From a virus (lineage: Duplodnaviria > Caudoviricetes), in the IMG/VR virus record IMGVR_UViG_3300016672_000091, positions 1-24,755 of that record: DNA of 24,755 nt; one strand, given 5' to 3'. Positions 1-7,888 of the stretch are shown one piece after another. A program made the translations under genes and the position numbers. Under the pieces are notes generated by a model. It did not search any database, was not told the origin of the DNA, and saw only the letters and a program-made list of their open reading frames with translations. Every line of letters starts with the position of its first letter. Within the stretch, counting starts at the first letter, position 1.

Positions 1-743
1 CCCTTCGCACCATCAATGAGCATCGCCGCCGCAGTCGGGTTCGTGGACAGAAGACGGGCAAGGCGAATCGCCCGCTCCGCATCGGTCATGTGCTTTGTGG
101 GAGCGCCTGGGGCATCGGGATCACCGTCTGAGGTATCTAGGCCAAAGGCTTCACGCTCGCCCTTGCGAACCTTCTCGTCCACATCAGCCAGCTTCTTCAA
201 GTCGTCCACCAGGGCAGAGCGGCTCATGGCCTTGCGCAGTGCATCGTTGGCGCGATCCATCCCGTTGTCATCCGGGGATCGCACCATCTCGATAACTTCA
301 TCCAGGTCTGGCAGAAGTTCTGCAGCCTTCGCGATGTGGTTCAGCAGGGCATGCTTGACCTCAGTGATCGCGCGCAGTCCCGAGCGATGCGCCAGGATCA
401 CCTGCTTATTGATCTCGGCCGCAACAAGAACCGTCTCTGTTGTGTCTTTTTGCGCCTGCGTTACGGTTTCGCGCAACACGGCTGCGTCGGTGGCCTGCTT
501 GATGACCTCCCGGAGATCCTTGGACCACCCGAGTTCCTTGGCTTTGCGGCTGATCTGCGCGTAGGAAACACCGTGTTGCGTTTCCAGCTCGCGCAGGGTG
601 AATCTTCCCGTCCGATAGTCCCGTTCAACGGCTTCCCAGTCAGCTCGGCGCTTCCCAGACGCGGCAACACCTGCAGCCTTTGTGGTGGCGGCAGGCCTTG
701 TTGCATTTTTTGGCGCCTTCTTGGGCGCGAGGGCTTTCTCCAT
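1..743 (-). CDS. Putative terminase small subunit (3' end runs off the window)
   Basis: Hand translation from ATG 743: MEKALAPKK...DWEAVERDYRTGRFTLRELETQHGVSYAQISRKAKELGWSKDL...ERE(A)FGL, a typical TerS N-terminal HTH. Frame is open to base 1 and is not in the ORF track. Confidence 0.75.
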   Translation of the reverse strand, partial: MEKALAPKKAPKNATRPAATTKAAGVAASGKRRADWEAVERDYRTGRFTLRELETQHGVSYAQISRKAKELGWSKDLREVIKQATDAAVLRETVTQAQKDTTETVLVAAEINKQVILAHRSGLRAITEVKHALLNHIAKAAELLPDLDEVIEMVRSPDDNGMDRANDALRKAMSRSALVDDLKKLADVDEKVRKGEREAFGLDTSDGDPDAPGAPTKHMTDAERAIRLARLLSTNPTAAAMLIDGAK

Positions 744-782
744 GCCCCGGAGTTTTCCGGGGATGGAGGATGTGGTCGAACC

Positions 783-1013
783 CTATACGGGGCCGCCTGT
801 TTCGCGCCCGTTGCGGCCGACACCTCGGCTGTAGCCACATCCAGTGCACTTGAGCACGGGCACCATGCGGGCCGTGCCGTTCGGGCGCAGGGTGGTCCCG
901 CGCCCTGCGCCATCCGTCAGGTGATCAGGATGGGATGCCGGGGCCATGGTGGATTCCAATGCCTGGCCCGGAGCCAGGGGGCTGGAGCACTTGGGGCAGA
1001 GTTCTGTCTTCAT
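783..1013 (-). CDS. Small Zn-ribbon protein
   Basis: CPKC...CTGC pair; co-oriented with the operon. Confidence 0.6.
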   Translation of the reverse strand: MKTELCPKCSSPLAPGQALESTMAPASHPDHLTDGAGRGTTLRPNGTARMVPVLKCTGCGYSRGVGRNGRETGGPV

Positions 1014-1036
1014 GGAGCATTCTCCACCGCACCGCC

Positions 1037-1555
1037 CTAAAGTGGCAATGCCGCCTGGGCGGTCGCAGCCTTGCGCACGTCCCGCAGCGTCTGCTTGAGG
1101 TTCGTGATCTCGTGCCGCGACTCGGCAAGCGCGCTTTCGATGGCCTTGATCTTCTCGGACATGGAATGCCGGACTGCGTCTCCCGCCAAATAGCCGCCGA
1201 TTTCCGCGCCCTCTGCAGGTGTCACAGCGATAGAGAACTCCTCTCCGACCTCAAGCAGCCGCCAGCCATCGGTCATCGTGGTGAGCGAAATCCTCCGCTT
1301 CGCAGGGAACGCCTCCTCCAGCTCGTAGATGCCCTTGGATCGCCCGATGGCATGGATGCGGCGGGCGTCCTTGAGCGTCTTCAGGGCATCGCTCAGGCGC
1401 TGGCGGCTGATATCGCTCATCTCGTCGTAGATGGCGTCCACCGTGAAGGTGCGGCCGTCTCCCTGGGCAGCCACCGCCTTGCCTACGGCCAGGACACGGT
1501 CGGCCAGGCGCTCGATGCGGTCCTGCGGTGGAGTGGTTGTCTGTTCAGCGGTCAT
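1037..1555 (-). CDS. Winged-helix DNA-binding protein with C-terminal coiled coil (candidate late regulator)
   Basis: GGAGG RBS before ATG 1555; FTVDAIYDEMSDISRQRLSDALKTLKDARRIHAIGRSKGIYE fits a wHTH pattern. Confidence 0.65.
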   Translation of the reverse strand: MTAEQTTTPPQDRIERLADRVLAVGKAVAAQGDGRTFTVDAIYDEMSDISRQRLSDALKTLKDARRIHAIGRSKGIYELEEAFPAKRRISLTTMTDGWRLLEVGEEFSIAVTPAEGAEIGGYLAGDAVRHSMSEKIKAIESALAESRHEITNLKQTLRDVRKAATAQAALPL

Positions 1556-1575
1556 AGAGTCCTCCCTGGTTTCTT

Positions 1576-1839
1576 TCATGCGACGCGATTGCTCCAAATC
1601 GTGTGCAGAGCTGGCCGCAGGCGGATCGCCCGGGCCACGGTGGTTTCAACGGGCGCCGCTTCAACAGGCTTTGCCACTGGTTGCTGCTCAGCCTGGTCTG
1701 GCAGCCCTTCGTAGACCGTGAAACGGTGCAGGTTTGCGCACTCGACGCGCCTGGCAACGGCCCCGGTCTGGCGGCGGCGGGTTTCCAGGACTTCGGTCCA
1801 TGCGCCGCAGGTTGGGCAGGGTGGCGGCTGGTAGGTCAT
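1576..1839 (-). CDS. NrdR-like/Ogr-like Zn-ribbon protein
   Basis: CPTCG-x-TEVLETR...RRVECANLHRFTVYE; ATGA overlap with the upstream gene. Confidence 0.7.
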   Translation of the reverse strand: MTYQPPPCPTCGAWTEVLETRRRQTGAVARRVECANLHRFTVYEGLPDQAEQQPVAKPVEAAPVETTVARAIRLRPALHTIWSNRVA

Positions 1840-2417
1840 GCGTCCGCTCCTGATTTGATAGCTTTAAATCCATTTTCGACGGGCATAAATCCCGGATTTG
1901 GCTGTGAATTCAGAAGCCCGAGCGCCCAGAGAGCCGCAGCCCGGTCGCGCGGGGCGCTGCTCCCGTCGAAGGCGATGGCGCGCCACTCCAGCACCTGGGC
2001 CAGATGGGCGGCCATGAATGCGGAAGCCTTCTGCGCGCGCGGCGCTGGGCCCTGGTCCAGCCAGGAATGGCACGCAGCGCAGCCCCACACGCTGTAGTGG
2101 TCGTCCGCCTTGCGGGCTCCGGCCTTGCCGTGGATGCTCAGGTTGCTGTGGCAGCACACCACTGTGGCGCGGTCCTGGGTGCAGATGCCGGGCACGCGCA
2201 GCAAGCAGGGCATGCCTCGGGCCATGTCGCGGAGGTGGGCGTTTCGCTGGGCGGCCGACTTCGGCGCAGCGGCGGGCGCGGCCACCACCGGCTGTGGCGC
2301 GCGGAAGGCCCCGGGGTTGACGGTGGGCATGGCACGCACGCGGTCTGGGTCGCGCTGCTCGCGGCGGGGAGCGCGGGGGCGGAAGCCGGTGCGCTTGAGA
2401 GGGGTGCTACGGTTCAT
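1836..2417 (-). CDS. DUF1364 (YbcO-like) putative nuclease
   Basis: ARGMPCLLRVPGIC...TVVCCHSN...GKAGARKADD...GCAACHSWLD; ATGA overlap at 2414-2417. Confidence 0.8.
   Translation of the reverse strand: MNRSTPLKRTGFRPRAPRREQRDPDRVRAMPTVNPGAFRAPQPVVAAPAAAPKSAAQRNAHLRDMARGMPCLLRVPGICTQDRATVVCCHSNLSIHGKAGARKADDHYSVWGCAACHSWLDQGPAPRAQKASAFMAAHLAQVLEWRAIAFDGSSAPRDRAAALWALGLLNSQPNPGFMPVENGFKAIKSGADA
1846..1862. repeat. REP-like hairpin GCTCCTGATTTGATAGC inside the 3' end of the DUF1364 gene
   Basis: Same GCTATC-N5-(GA/GG)TAGC form as 17502-17518; resembles repeats I recall from Comamonadaceae genomes. Confidence 0.45.
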
Positions 2418-3256
2418 GCAACCCACCTCTGGTTTGCGGACGCAGGCAGAACACCTTGCAGAACCTGAAGCTGCTTAATGGTCCAAGCGATGGAGTTTTC
2501 GTCTAGCCTCCTGCGGAACTGCGAGACCGCCGCAGCCAGCGTTTCGGCAGTGACTTCACCAGCTGGCAGGCCTAGCAACTCCCCCAACTCCCGCATGCTG
2601 CCATCCAGGCGGATCTGAGCCCGCTTCGTTGACTCGTCAGCCATGGCGCGCCGGTCAGCTATTTCCTTGTCTATCCGGGCGATATCGTCCTTTAGGCTCT
2701 CCTGGCGGTAGCGCAGTCGGCGCTCCATGCTCTCGGTGTCGCCGAAAAGATCCGCCAGCTTGTCGCCAAACCGCTTGCGCACGATCTCAGCGGCACGGTA
2801 TTCATCCGCCGAACGCGGTGCGGGATTGCCTCGCTGGAGCGCATCGGGATGGAGCTCCATCAACAGTTTGAGCCAGGTATCGCGCGGCAGGGTATCCAGC
2901 ACCTGGGCAACAGGCTTGCGCGCAGCACGCCAACAACTTTCGCCGCGCAGGATGACACCGCACTCCCTGGGGATCAGCTCAAGCGGAGCCATGCCACGCG
3001 GGAAGGCAAACCACACGGCGTGCCCATACTTGCGGTAGCTCTGCCATTTACCGCTCGTCACGTCGCTGCGAAGGTCGGGCACGCTGACCTTGATCTCATA
3101 GCAATCGGTGCGAAACCGGGAAAAGCTCTTGTTGACCGTGAAAACGTCAGGCCGTGGGCTACCCGATGGGCCCAGTTGCGTGTTGGTCCACACCATGCGG
3201 TCTGTGCCTGCGCGCAAGTGCGCGGCCAAGTCTTCCTGCAGTTGGTCGTGCTTCAT
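2414..3256 (-). CDS. MmcB-like PD-(D/E)XK nuclease with C-terminal coiled coil
   Basis: RPDVF...CYEIKVS.PDLRSD...KWQSYRKY...VWFAFP motif set; start overlaps the upstream stop. Confidence 0.7.
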   Translation of the reverse strand: MKHDQLQEDLAAHLRAGTDRMVWTNTQLGPSGSPRPDVFTVNKSFSRFRTDCYEIKVSVPDLRSDVTSGKWQSYRKYGHAVWFAFPRGMAPLELIPRECGVILRGESCWRAARKPVAQVLDTLPRDTWLKLLMELHPDALQRGNPAPRSADEYRAAEIVRKRFGDKLADLFGDTESMERRLRYRQESLKDDIARIDKEIADRRAMADESTKRAQIRLDGSMRELGELLGLPAGEVTAETLAAAVSQFRRRLDENSIAWTIKQLQVLQGVLPASANQRWVA

Positions 3257-3705
3257 GCCCATCCCTCCACGATCATCTCCATCAGGTGGTCGGCCATCTC
3301 GCGCGGCATGGTCGGCAGGATGACCTGCAGCACTCCGTCCAGGGCGGCGCTGTAGAACGCCTCGAAAGCGTCCTGGTCCATGGCGTCGTAGCTGACGCTG
3401 TGCAGCACCGGCACGATTTCTCCCGTGCGCGGGTCGGGCACCGGGTCGAAGTAGCCTGCCGCCAGCTTCACGGCCACCAGCGCCTTTTCAGGCGTGTTGT
3501 AGGTTTCGCTGTTCTCGGCCACCAGCTGCAGCAGCGCGAACATCTTGCGGTGGTGGGCGCCGTTGCGCGGCCGGCTCCACTCCATCCGCAGCCATGTGCC
3601 GGGCTTCATGGTTTCCAGGCGGCGCTTGAACTTGGCCCATGCGTCCTGATCGGCCGGCGTGCTGCCGACAAGGCCTTTGGGGGACTTGATGAGCATGGCT
3701 TTCAC
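3253..3705 (-). CDS. DUF1367 family protein
   Basis: RPRNGAHHRKMFALL...SVSYDAMDQDAFEAFY; GTGA overlap with the rusA stop. Confidence 0.75.
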   Translation of the reverse strand: MKAMLIKSPKGLVGSTPADQDAWAKFKRRLETMKPGTWLRMEWSRPRNGAHHRKMFALLQLVAENSETYNTPEKALVAVKLAAGYFDPVPDPRTGEIVPVLHSVSYDAMDQDAFEAFYSAALDGVLQVILPTMPREMADHLMEMIVEGWA

Positions 3706-4049
3706 GGCGTGACTTCCACCCGAACGAATCCACCGATCTCGTCCGACCGGTCGATCTCCAACTTCCAATGGCGGTCATCAACCCCCAGCACGTCGGCCAG
3801 ACCATCCAGGCCGGACTTCATGCGGGCCAGCAGGTTGTCCAGGTCGTAGGCCCTGCGGGTCGGAGGCACGAACACCAGGGAGACGTGCAGCTTCTTGACC
3901 TCGGAGCGGCCAGCGCCCTGCTGGCGGGCGGTGATGGCGCAGGCGTGGCGGTAGGCTTTCTTGGCGCGCGAGAGTGCGGACCAGTGCTGGCGGGTGTTTG
4001 GGCTCAGGGCCGTGGGCGGCCATGGCAGAGTGAGCTGCAGCGTGGTCAT
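3702..4049 (-). CDS. rusA: RusA-family Holliday junction resolvase
   Basis: LPWPP..LSPN and DLDNLLARMKSGLDGLADVLGVDD acidic catalytic motif. Confidence 0.85.
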   Translation of the reverse strand: MTTLQLTLPWPPTALSPNTRQHWSALSRAKKAYRHACAITARQQGAGRSEVKKLHVSLVFVPPTRRAYDLDNLLARMKSGLDGLADVLGVDDRHWKLEIDRSDEIGGFVRVEVTP

Positions 4050-4336
4050 GCCGCCACTCCTTCGCGGGTGGGCACGGACAGCCAGGACAGGGTTTCGTCT
4101 TGGGCGTCTTCGCCGGGGTCGCGGATAGGGCGAAGGTTTGCGTCCGGTAGGTCGGCAATCTCAGACAGCCTTGTCGGTGTCAGATGGAAACGCGAGCCCA
4201 ACGACTTCACCCGCCAGCATGGACCGAGGTATTCCCACCCACCGGAGTTGTCCACCGCGCGAATTACCTCAACGACGATGCCGTTGTCCATGGGCATGCT
4301 GTGAGTTACCGCCAAATCCCCAGGTTTGCAATTCAT
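4046..4336 (-). CDS. Phage hypothetical protein
   Basis: MNCKPGDLA...DANLRPIRDP; coupled to its neighbours. Confidence 0.7.
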   Translation of the reverse strand: MNCKPGDLAVTHSMPMDNGIVVEVIRAVDNSGGWEYLGPCWRVKSLGSRFHLTPTRLSEIADLPDANLRPIRDPGEDAQDETLSWLSVPTREGVAA

Positions 4337-4337
4337 T

Positions 4338-4547
4338 TCAACCACTCCTTGGCCGTGAGGCCGACAACTTCCCCACCCAGGCCACGCGCGCGGCCACCAC
4401 ATCCGGCTCCGCCTCCTTGTGCTTTGGGCACAGGTGCTCGGGTCCAAAGAAAATCCACGGTTTGCCCAGGGCGCACGGGCACATGCGGTGCTTTGCCATG
4501 TCCTTGGCTTGCTTGGGGGACCAGTGGGTACAGGTTTGACAGGTCAT
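4338..4547 (-). CDS. Small Cys/His-rich hypothetical protein
   Basis: MTCQTCTHW...CPC...HLCPKH; ATGA overlap. Confidence 0.6.
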   Translation of the reverse strand: MTCQTCTHWSPKQAKDMAKHRMCPCALGKPWIFFGPEHLCPKHKEAEPDVVAARVAWVGKLSASRPRSG

Positions 4548-4729
4548 GCATGGGCACCTCCGGCCTTCACGATCGGCTTCACGAAACAGGATTGGTGCAG
4601 CCGCCCTTCGGTGCCGTCCACCCGCTTCACGTTCATCTGGTATCCATTGCGGCGGCCCAGCACCTCGAACCGCTGGCCAGTGCGCAGCAGTACGAAGCGA
4701 GCGCCGTTGGCGAGCGCTTGCAACTTCAT
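4544..4729 (-). CDS. Small hypothetical protein
   Basis: GGAGG RBS, ATGA overlap, MKLQALANGARF... Confidence 0.6.
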   Translation of the reverse strand: MKLQALANGARFVLLRTGQRFEVLGRRNGYQMNVKRVDGTEGRLHQSCFVKPIVKAGGAHA

Positions 4730-4914
4730 GCGGCACCTCCAAACAGATCCAGGGTGCGGGTATCCCGGCATGCCTCAGACGCCCGGCCCCGGCGCTTGGA
4801 CTTGACCAGCCCGGCCTTGCGCGCGCACACGCGGCCGAAAGGCTGGGCACCAATGACCACGGCGGGGAACAGGGTGGTGCGACCGCAGCGGGCGCAGTGG
4901 AGCTTCTGGGTCAT
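4726..4914 (-). CDS. Small Zn-finger-like hypothetical protein
   Basis: CARCGR...FGRVCARK; overlaps its neighbours at both ends. Confidence 0.6.
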   Translation of the reverse strand: MTQKLHCARCGRTTLFPAVVIGAQPFGRVCARKAGLVKSKRRGRASEACRDTRTLDLFGGAA

Positions 4915-5042
4915 GCCATGTCCCCGAGCACGCGCAGCGCGGCGCGGACGTCTTGGTGCGAGTGGGCAAACCCGTCGCGCACGTCATCCAGTACGGCGTG
5001 CGCCCAGGTCTGCTCTGGTGTCAGGTTTTCGCGGAGGGTCAC
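4911..5042 (-). CDS. Small hypothetical protein (43 aa)
   Basis: GTG overlaps the stop of the DnaC-like gene, AAGGAG upstream; fills the operon gap exactly. Confidence 0.5.
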   Translation of the reverse strand: MTLRENLTPEQTWAHAVLDDVRDGFAHSHQDVRAALRVLGDMA

Positions 5043-5872
5043 TCGGCGATCTCCTTGCGGGCGGTCGGCCGATAGCTCTCCCATGGAAAGGGCACCCAGC
5101 GCGCGCACTCGGTCATGCGGTCATAGATGCGGTCGCCCACGTACTGCCGGAAGCCATCCTTGTTCTGGTTGGTCAGCAGGATGGACGGCATCATGTCGCG
5201 GTAGCGGCGGTCCAGAACGTCAAACAGGTGGTTCTGCTCGCTCTCCGTTCCGTACTGCATGCCGATCTCATCAATGACCAGCAATGGCACTTGGCCGAAC
5301 TCGGCCAGCAGATCGATTTCGCTGGCCTCGGAGTCCTTTCGCCACGTCGATCGGATGTGCTGGATCACCTCCATGCAGGTGAAATACCGGCCCACGTAGG
5401 CGGGCATGATGGCCTGCAGGATGCCCGCTGCCAAATGGCTCTTGCCAGTGCCGGGCAAGCCGGAGAACACCAGCCAAGAGCCCTTTTTGTAGTGGTGCTC
5501 GAAGTTGGAGGCGAACTCCGTTGCGATTCCGAAAGCGCGCTGCTGCTCGGGGGTGATGGCCTTGAACGTTTCCAGCGTGCGATCGATGAAGCGCTGCGGG
5601 ATTGCGGCCTGCTGCAGGCGTGCGGACTTTGCCTGGGCTTCCAAGCGAGCAGTCAGGGCCGCCTTCTCTGCCGCTTCCTGGCGTTCCCAGTCCAGCTTGC
5701 AGCCAGGGCACGATGTCCAGATGTCGCGGCTGGAAAGCCGGGTGCCCGTAGCCATGTACTCGCCGTGGCGGGGGCAGGAGAACTGCATCCTGCCAATGGC
5801 CGCCATGGATCTGCCCATCACGCGGTTGAAATCAATGCTGCGCGCATTGATCGTTTCAGACAAAGCTTCCAT
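5039..5872 (-). CDS. DnaC/IstB-like AAA+ ATPase, helicase loader
   Basis: Walker A GLPGTGKS, Walker B LLVIDEIG, N-terminal CPRH/CPGC, GDRIYDRM; follows the initiator gene. Confidence 0.92.
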   Translation of the reverse strand: MEALSETINARSIDFNRVMGRSMAAIGRMQFSCPRHGEYMATGTRLSSRDIWTSCPGCKLDWERQEAAEKAALTARLEAQAKSARLQQAAIPQRFIDRTLETFKAITPEQQRAFGIATEFASNFEHHYKKGSWLVFSGLPGTGKSHLAAGILQAIMPAYVGRYFTCMEVIQHIRSTWRKDSEASEIDLLAEFGQVPLLVIDEIGMQYGTESEQNHLFDVLDRRYRDMMPSILLTNQNKDGFRQYVGDRIYDRMTECARWVPFPWESYRPTARKEIAE

Positions 5873-6692
5873 CCTGGTTCACTCCGGTTGTGTAGTCGAG
5901 AAGATCGAAGCCGCTGTGGCGGTTCGGCTTGGTGTGTGTTTGGGGCGCCCTGCCTGCGGCCGACCGGTCGATCAGCCACTCAGCCTTCAGCGATTGCCAA
6001 CCCCGCTCGCAGCAGATCGTCACGGCCTCTTCCAGCGTCTTGCCCGCCTTCTCCGCCTCACGGATCAACCCGTTAACGGCGGTTGTCGTCAGCGGCCCGG
6101 CCTTCTTCGCCTTCCGCACGGCCATGTAGTCCGAGAACAGTTGGGCAGGAACTCCAGGGATGGACGCGCACGCGCTCTGTTCCTTATTCCTTCCTGGTTC
6201 CTTTCCTTGTTCCTTCCTGGTTCCGTGTCCCGTTTTTGGTACTGTTTCCAGGGAAAAACGGGACTGTTCCGTGGGAATTTCGGTACTGTTAGGAGGGAAA
6301 AACGGGACTGTTCCGTTTTCGGGACCGGTGCCGTTTTTGGTACTGTTTTGAGCGGGAATTTCGGGACTGTTATGCGCGGCAGATGGCTGAATCTGAGCTG
6401 GCTTAACAGTGCCAATTTCGGGACTCTTCAAGCGATAGACAGGTATCTGGCCGGTTGTCCCACGGCGCGCTCCGGTGTCCTCAATGAACCCCATTTCGCG
6501 CAACCGCTGCAGGTTTTCCATGACCGTCTTGCGGTCCTGTTCGGTCATGCTGCTGAGCGCCTGAACAGACGGAAAGCACAGCATGTCGGTGTCTTTGCCG
6601 TTGACGCACTCGGCCATGGCCACCAGAACGAACTTCGTTGATGACTTGCCAACCTGCTGCGCCATAGCCCAGCTCACGGCTTCATAGCTCAT
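5856..6692 (-). CDS. Phage replication initiator (O-like, N-terminal HTH)
   Basis: KFVLVAMA...CFPSVQALSSMTEQDRKTVMENLQRLREMGFI HTH; internal iterons; upstream of the DnaC-like gene. Confidence 0.88.
   Translation of the reverse strand: MSYEAVSWAMAQQVGKSSTKFVLVAMAECVNGKDTDMLCFPSVQALSSMTEQDRKTVMENLQRLREMGFIEDTGARRGTTGQIPVYRLKSPEIGTVKPAQIQPSAAHNSPEIPAQNSTKNGTGPENGTVPFFPPNSTEIPTEQSRFSLETVPKTGHGTRKEQGKEPGRNKEQSACASIPGVPAQLFSDYMAVRKAKKAGPLTTTAVNGLIREAEKAGKTLEEAVTICCERGWQSLKAEWLIDRSAAGRAPQTHTKPNRHSGFDLLDYTTGVNQDGSFV
6187..6428. repeat. Iteron array / probable phage replication origin
   Basis: CCGTTTTTGGTACTGTT at 6230 and 6331; GGGAAAAACGGGACTGTTCCGT at 6251 and 6295; GGGAATTTCGG(T/G)ACTGTTA at 6273 and 6354; weaker copies at 6313 and 6412; TTCCTTCCTGGTTCC at 6187 and 6210. 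Confidence 0.8.
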
Positions 6693-6696
6693 GCGC

Positions 6697-6957
6697 CTAC
6701 TTCGTCCACGCCTTGCTGCCCGCGCGCGCCTGCTTCGCCAGGGTGGCTGCGCTTGGACGGCGGGTGTTGAGCGAGATACCGCCCTGGGTGCGCGGCTGGG
6801 TGGTTACCGTAGGCCGGCCCAAGCGGTCCAGCGCTTTCAACGTTCCGAAGGAATTGGTTTCGGAAGACTGGGATGCCTTGCTTTTCGGTGGCTTGGCAGG
6901 GATGTCCAGGTCGGGGCCACGGGGGCGGACCGATTGGAAGGCGTTGAGCACAGTCAT
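6697..6957 (-). CDS. Hypothetical basic protein between cII and the initiator
   Basis: ATGA overlap with the cII-like stop; 86 aa. Confidence 0.6.
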   Translation of the reverse strand: MTVLNAFQSVRPRGPDLDIPAKPPKSKASQSSETNSFGTLKALDRLGRPTVTTQPRTQGGISLNTRRPSAATLAKQARAGSKAWTK

Positions 6958-7334
6958 ACGGCCCCCTTGAGCAGCGCCATTGCTGCGGACAGTTCTTCGG
7001 CCAAACGCTCCACCTTGTTCAGTGCGCGGGCCTTGCGGGCATCCGGGCTGTCCATGTACTTCGCCGCCAGATACTCGATCACCGCAGGCGCGTCGCCGGT
7101 CGATTCAAGAAAGGCCTCCAGGTCGTCCAGGTTGAAACGCTGGGTGTCGCCTTCGGAGGGATTCAACTTGCGGCTCAGAGTGGAAGGACTCATGTCCATG
7201 TCGGCCGCGATCACCTTGGCAGACTTGGCCAGCAGGGGCGTGCGGTGTGCCACATAGGCCCGCAGCGTCGGGAAACGCTCCGGCAATGAGGGCTCGAAAC
7301 TGAGCGTGAGTTGGGAGGGCGCAATAGATGACAT
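6954..7334 (-). CDS. CII-like transcriptional regulator
   Basis: AKVIAADMDMSPSTLSRKLNP HTH; position after cro and before the replication genes. Confidence 0.75.
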   Translation of the reverse strand: MSSIAPSQLTLSFEPSLPERFPTLRAYVAHRTPLLAKSAKVIAADMDMSPSTLSRKLNPSEGDTQRFNLDDLEAFLESTGDAPAVIEYLAAKYMDSPDARKARALNKVERLAEELSAAMALLKGAV

Positions 7335-7339
7335 GTCGC

Positions 7340-7359
7340 GTTGCGGTCTGTTGCCGTCT
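7340..7359 (+). promoter_or_regulatory. Candidate CII-binding site / PRE region (TTGC-N6-TTGC)
   Basis: GTTGCGGTCT GTTGCCGTCT tandem repeat contains TTGC-N6-TTGC (7341-7354), next to the cII start and facing cI. Confidence 0.5.
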
Positions 7360-7547
7360 CAAAAATTGGCAAAAAAAGGAGACTTGCTGCCATGCAAAGC
7401 AAACAAGTCATCGCGATAGGCGCCCAACCTCTCCCGGCTACGATGGGAGTCGCTTACACAACCATCACCGGAAGGGGCGGACAAAATGAAAGAGCTGATG
7501 AACGTGCGCATGGTCGAGAACGAGGAGGGAGGAACAGACCTACTCAT
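7359..7547 (-). CDS. Possible small coupled ORF (62 aa)
   Basis: ATG overlaps the stop of 7544-7888 (ATGA); no recognisable domain. Confidence 0.3.
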   Translation of the reverse strand: MSRSVPPSSFSTMRTFISSFILSAPSGDGCVSDSHRSRERLGAYRDDLFALHGSKSPFFANF

Positions 7548-7848
7548 CGATCCGGACGAAGCGGCAAATGGCGTTCGCGTCGATCAGTTGATACAGGCGC
7601 TCGTCGAGATCCGAGGGCAACTGCAGCCACCAAGAAGCAAAGAAATGCCGCAAGGCATGGACGGCCTGAGCGTTGTGTCAGATCCAGGCTGGTTCTTGGC
7701 CGAGGCTTTTCCGCAGGGCCTGACGCTTGGTTTGTGGCACCCGGCGTATGGATGGCTGGGCTTCCAGTTGACTCAGAAAATCCGGGAAGATTTGATCCGT
7801 ACACTCGAATCAGCTCCGCCCCCCGAACAACCTGCCGCTGGTCATTGA
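7486..7848 (+). CDS. Hypothetical protein oriented against the PR operon
   Basis: 120 aa with globular-looking composition (DPGW...LWHPAYGWLGF), purine-rich upstream, TACGAT -10-like element at 7439-7444. Confidence 0.7.
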   Translation: MKELMNVRMVENEEGGTDLLIDPDEAANGVRVDQLIQALVEIRGQLQPPRSKEMPQGMDGLSVVSDPGWFLAEAFPQGLTLGLWHPAYGWLGFQLTQKIREDLIRTLESAPPPEQPAAGH

Positions 7849-7888
7849 GTCGCGAGCTCGTCGAGAAACGACGCGCGGTTTCACCCAT
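7544..7888 (-). CDS. Possible ORF coupled to cro, antisense to 7486-7848
   Basis: AGGAGG RBS, start inside the last cro codons, open for 114 aa. Confidence 0.4.
   Translation of the reverse strand: MGETARRFSTSSRLNDQRQVVRGAELIRVYGSNLPGFSESTGSPAIHTPGATNQASGPAEKPRPRTSLDLTQRSGRPCLAAFLCFLVAAVALGSRRAPVSTDRRERHLPLRPDR

Noticed and set aside
5039-5872. IstB of an IS21 element
   Set aside because: No IstA transposase or terminal inverted repeats; coupled to the replication initiator.
4184-6076. 630-aa plus-strand ORF (also 16-564, 935-1714, 5505-6641)
   Set aside because: Antisense shadows of well-supported minus-strand genes in high-GC DNA; no motifs.
6230-6428. Regularly spaced repeats as a CRISPR array
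   Set aside because: No unique spacers, no cas genes, and inside the initiator CDS; these are iterons.
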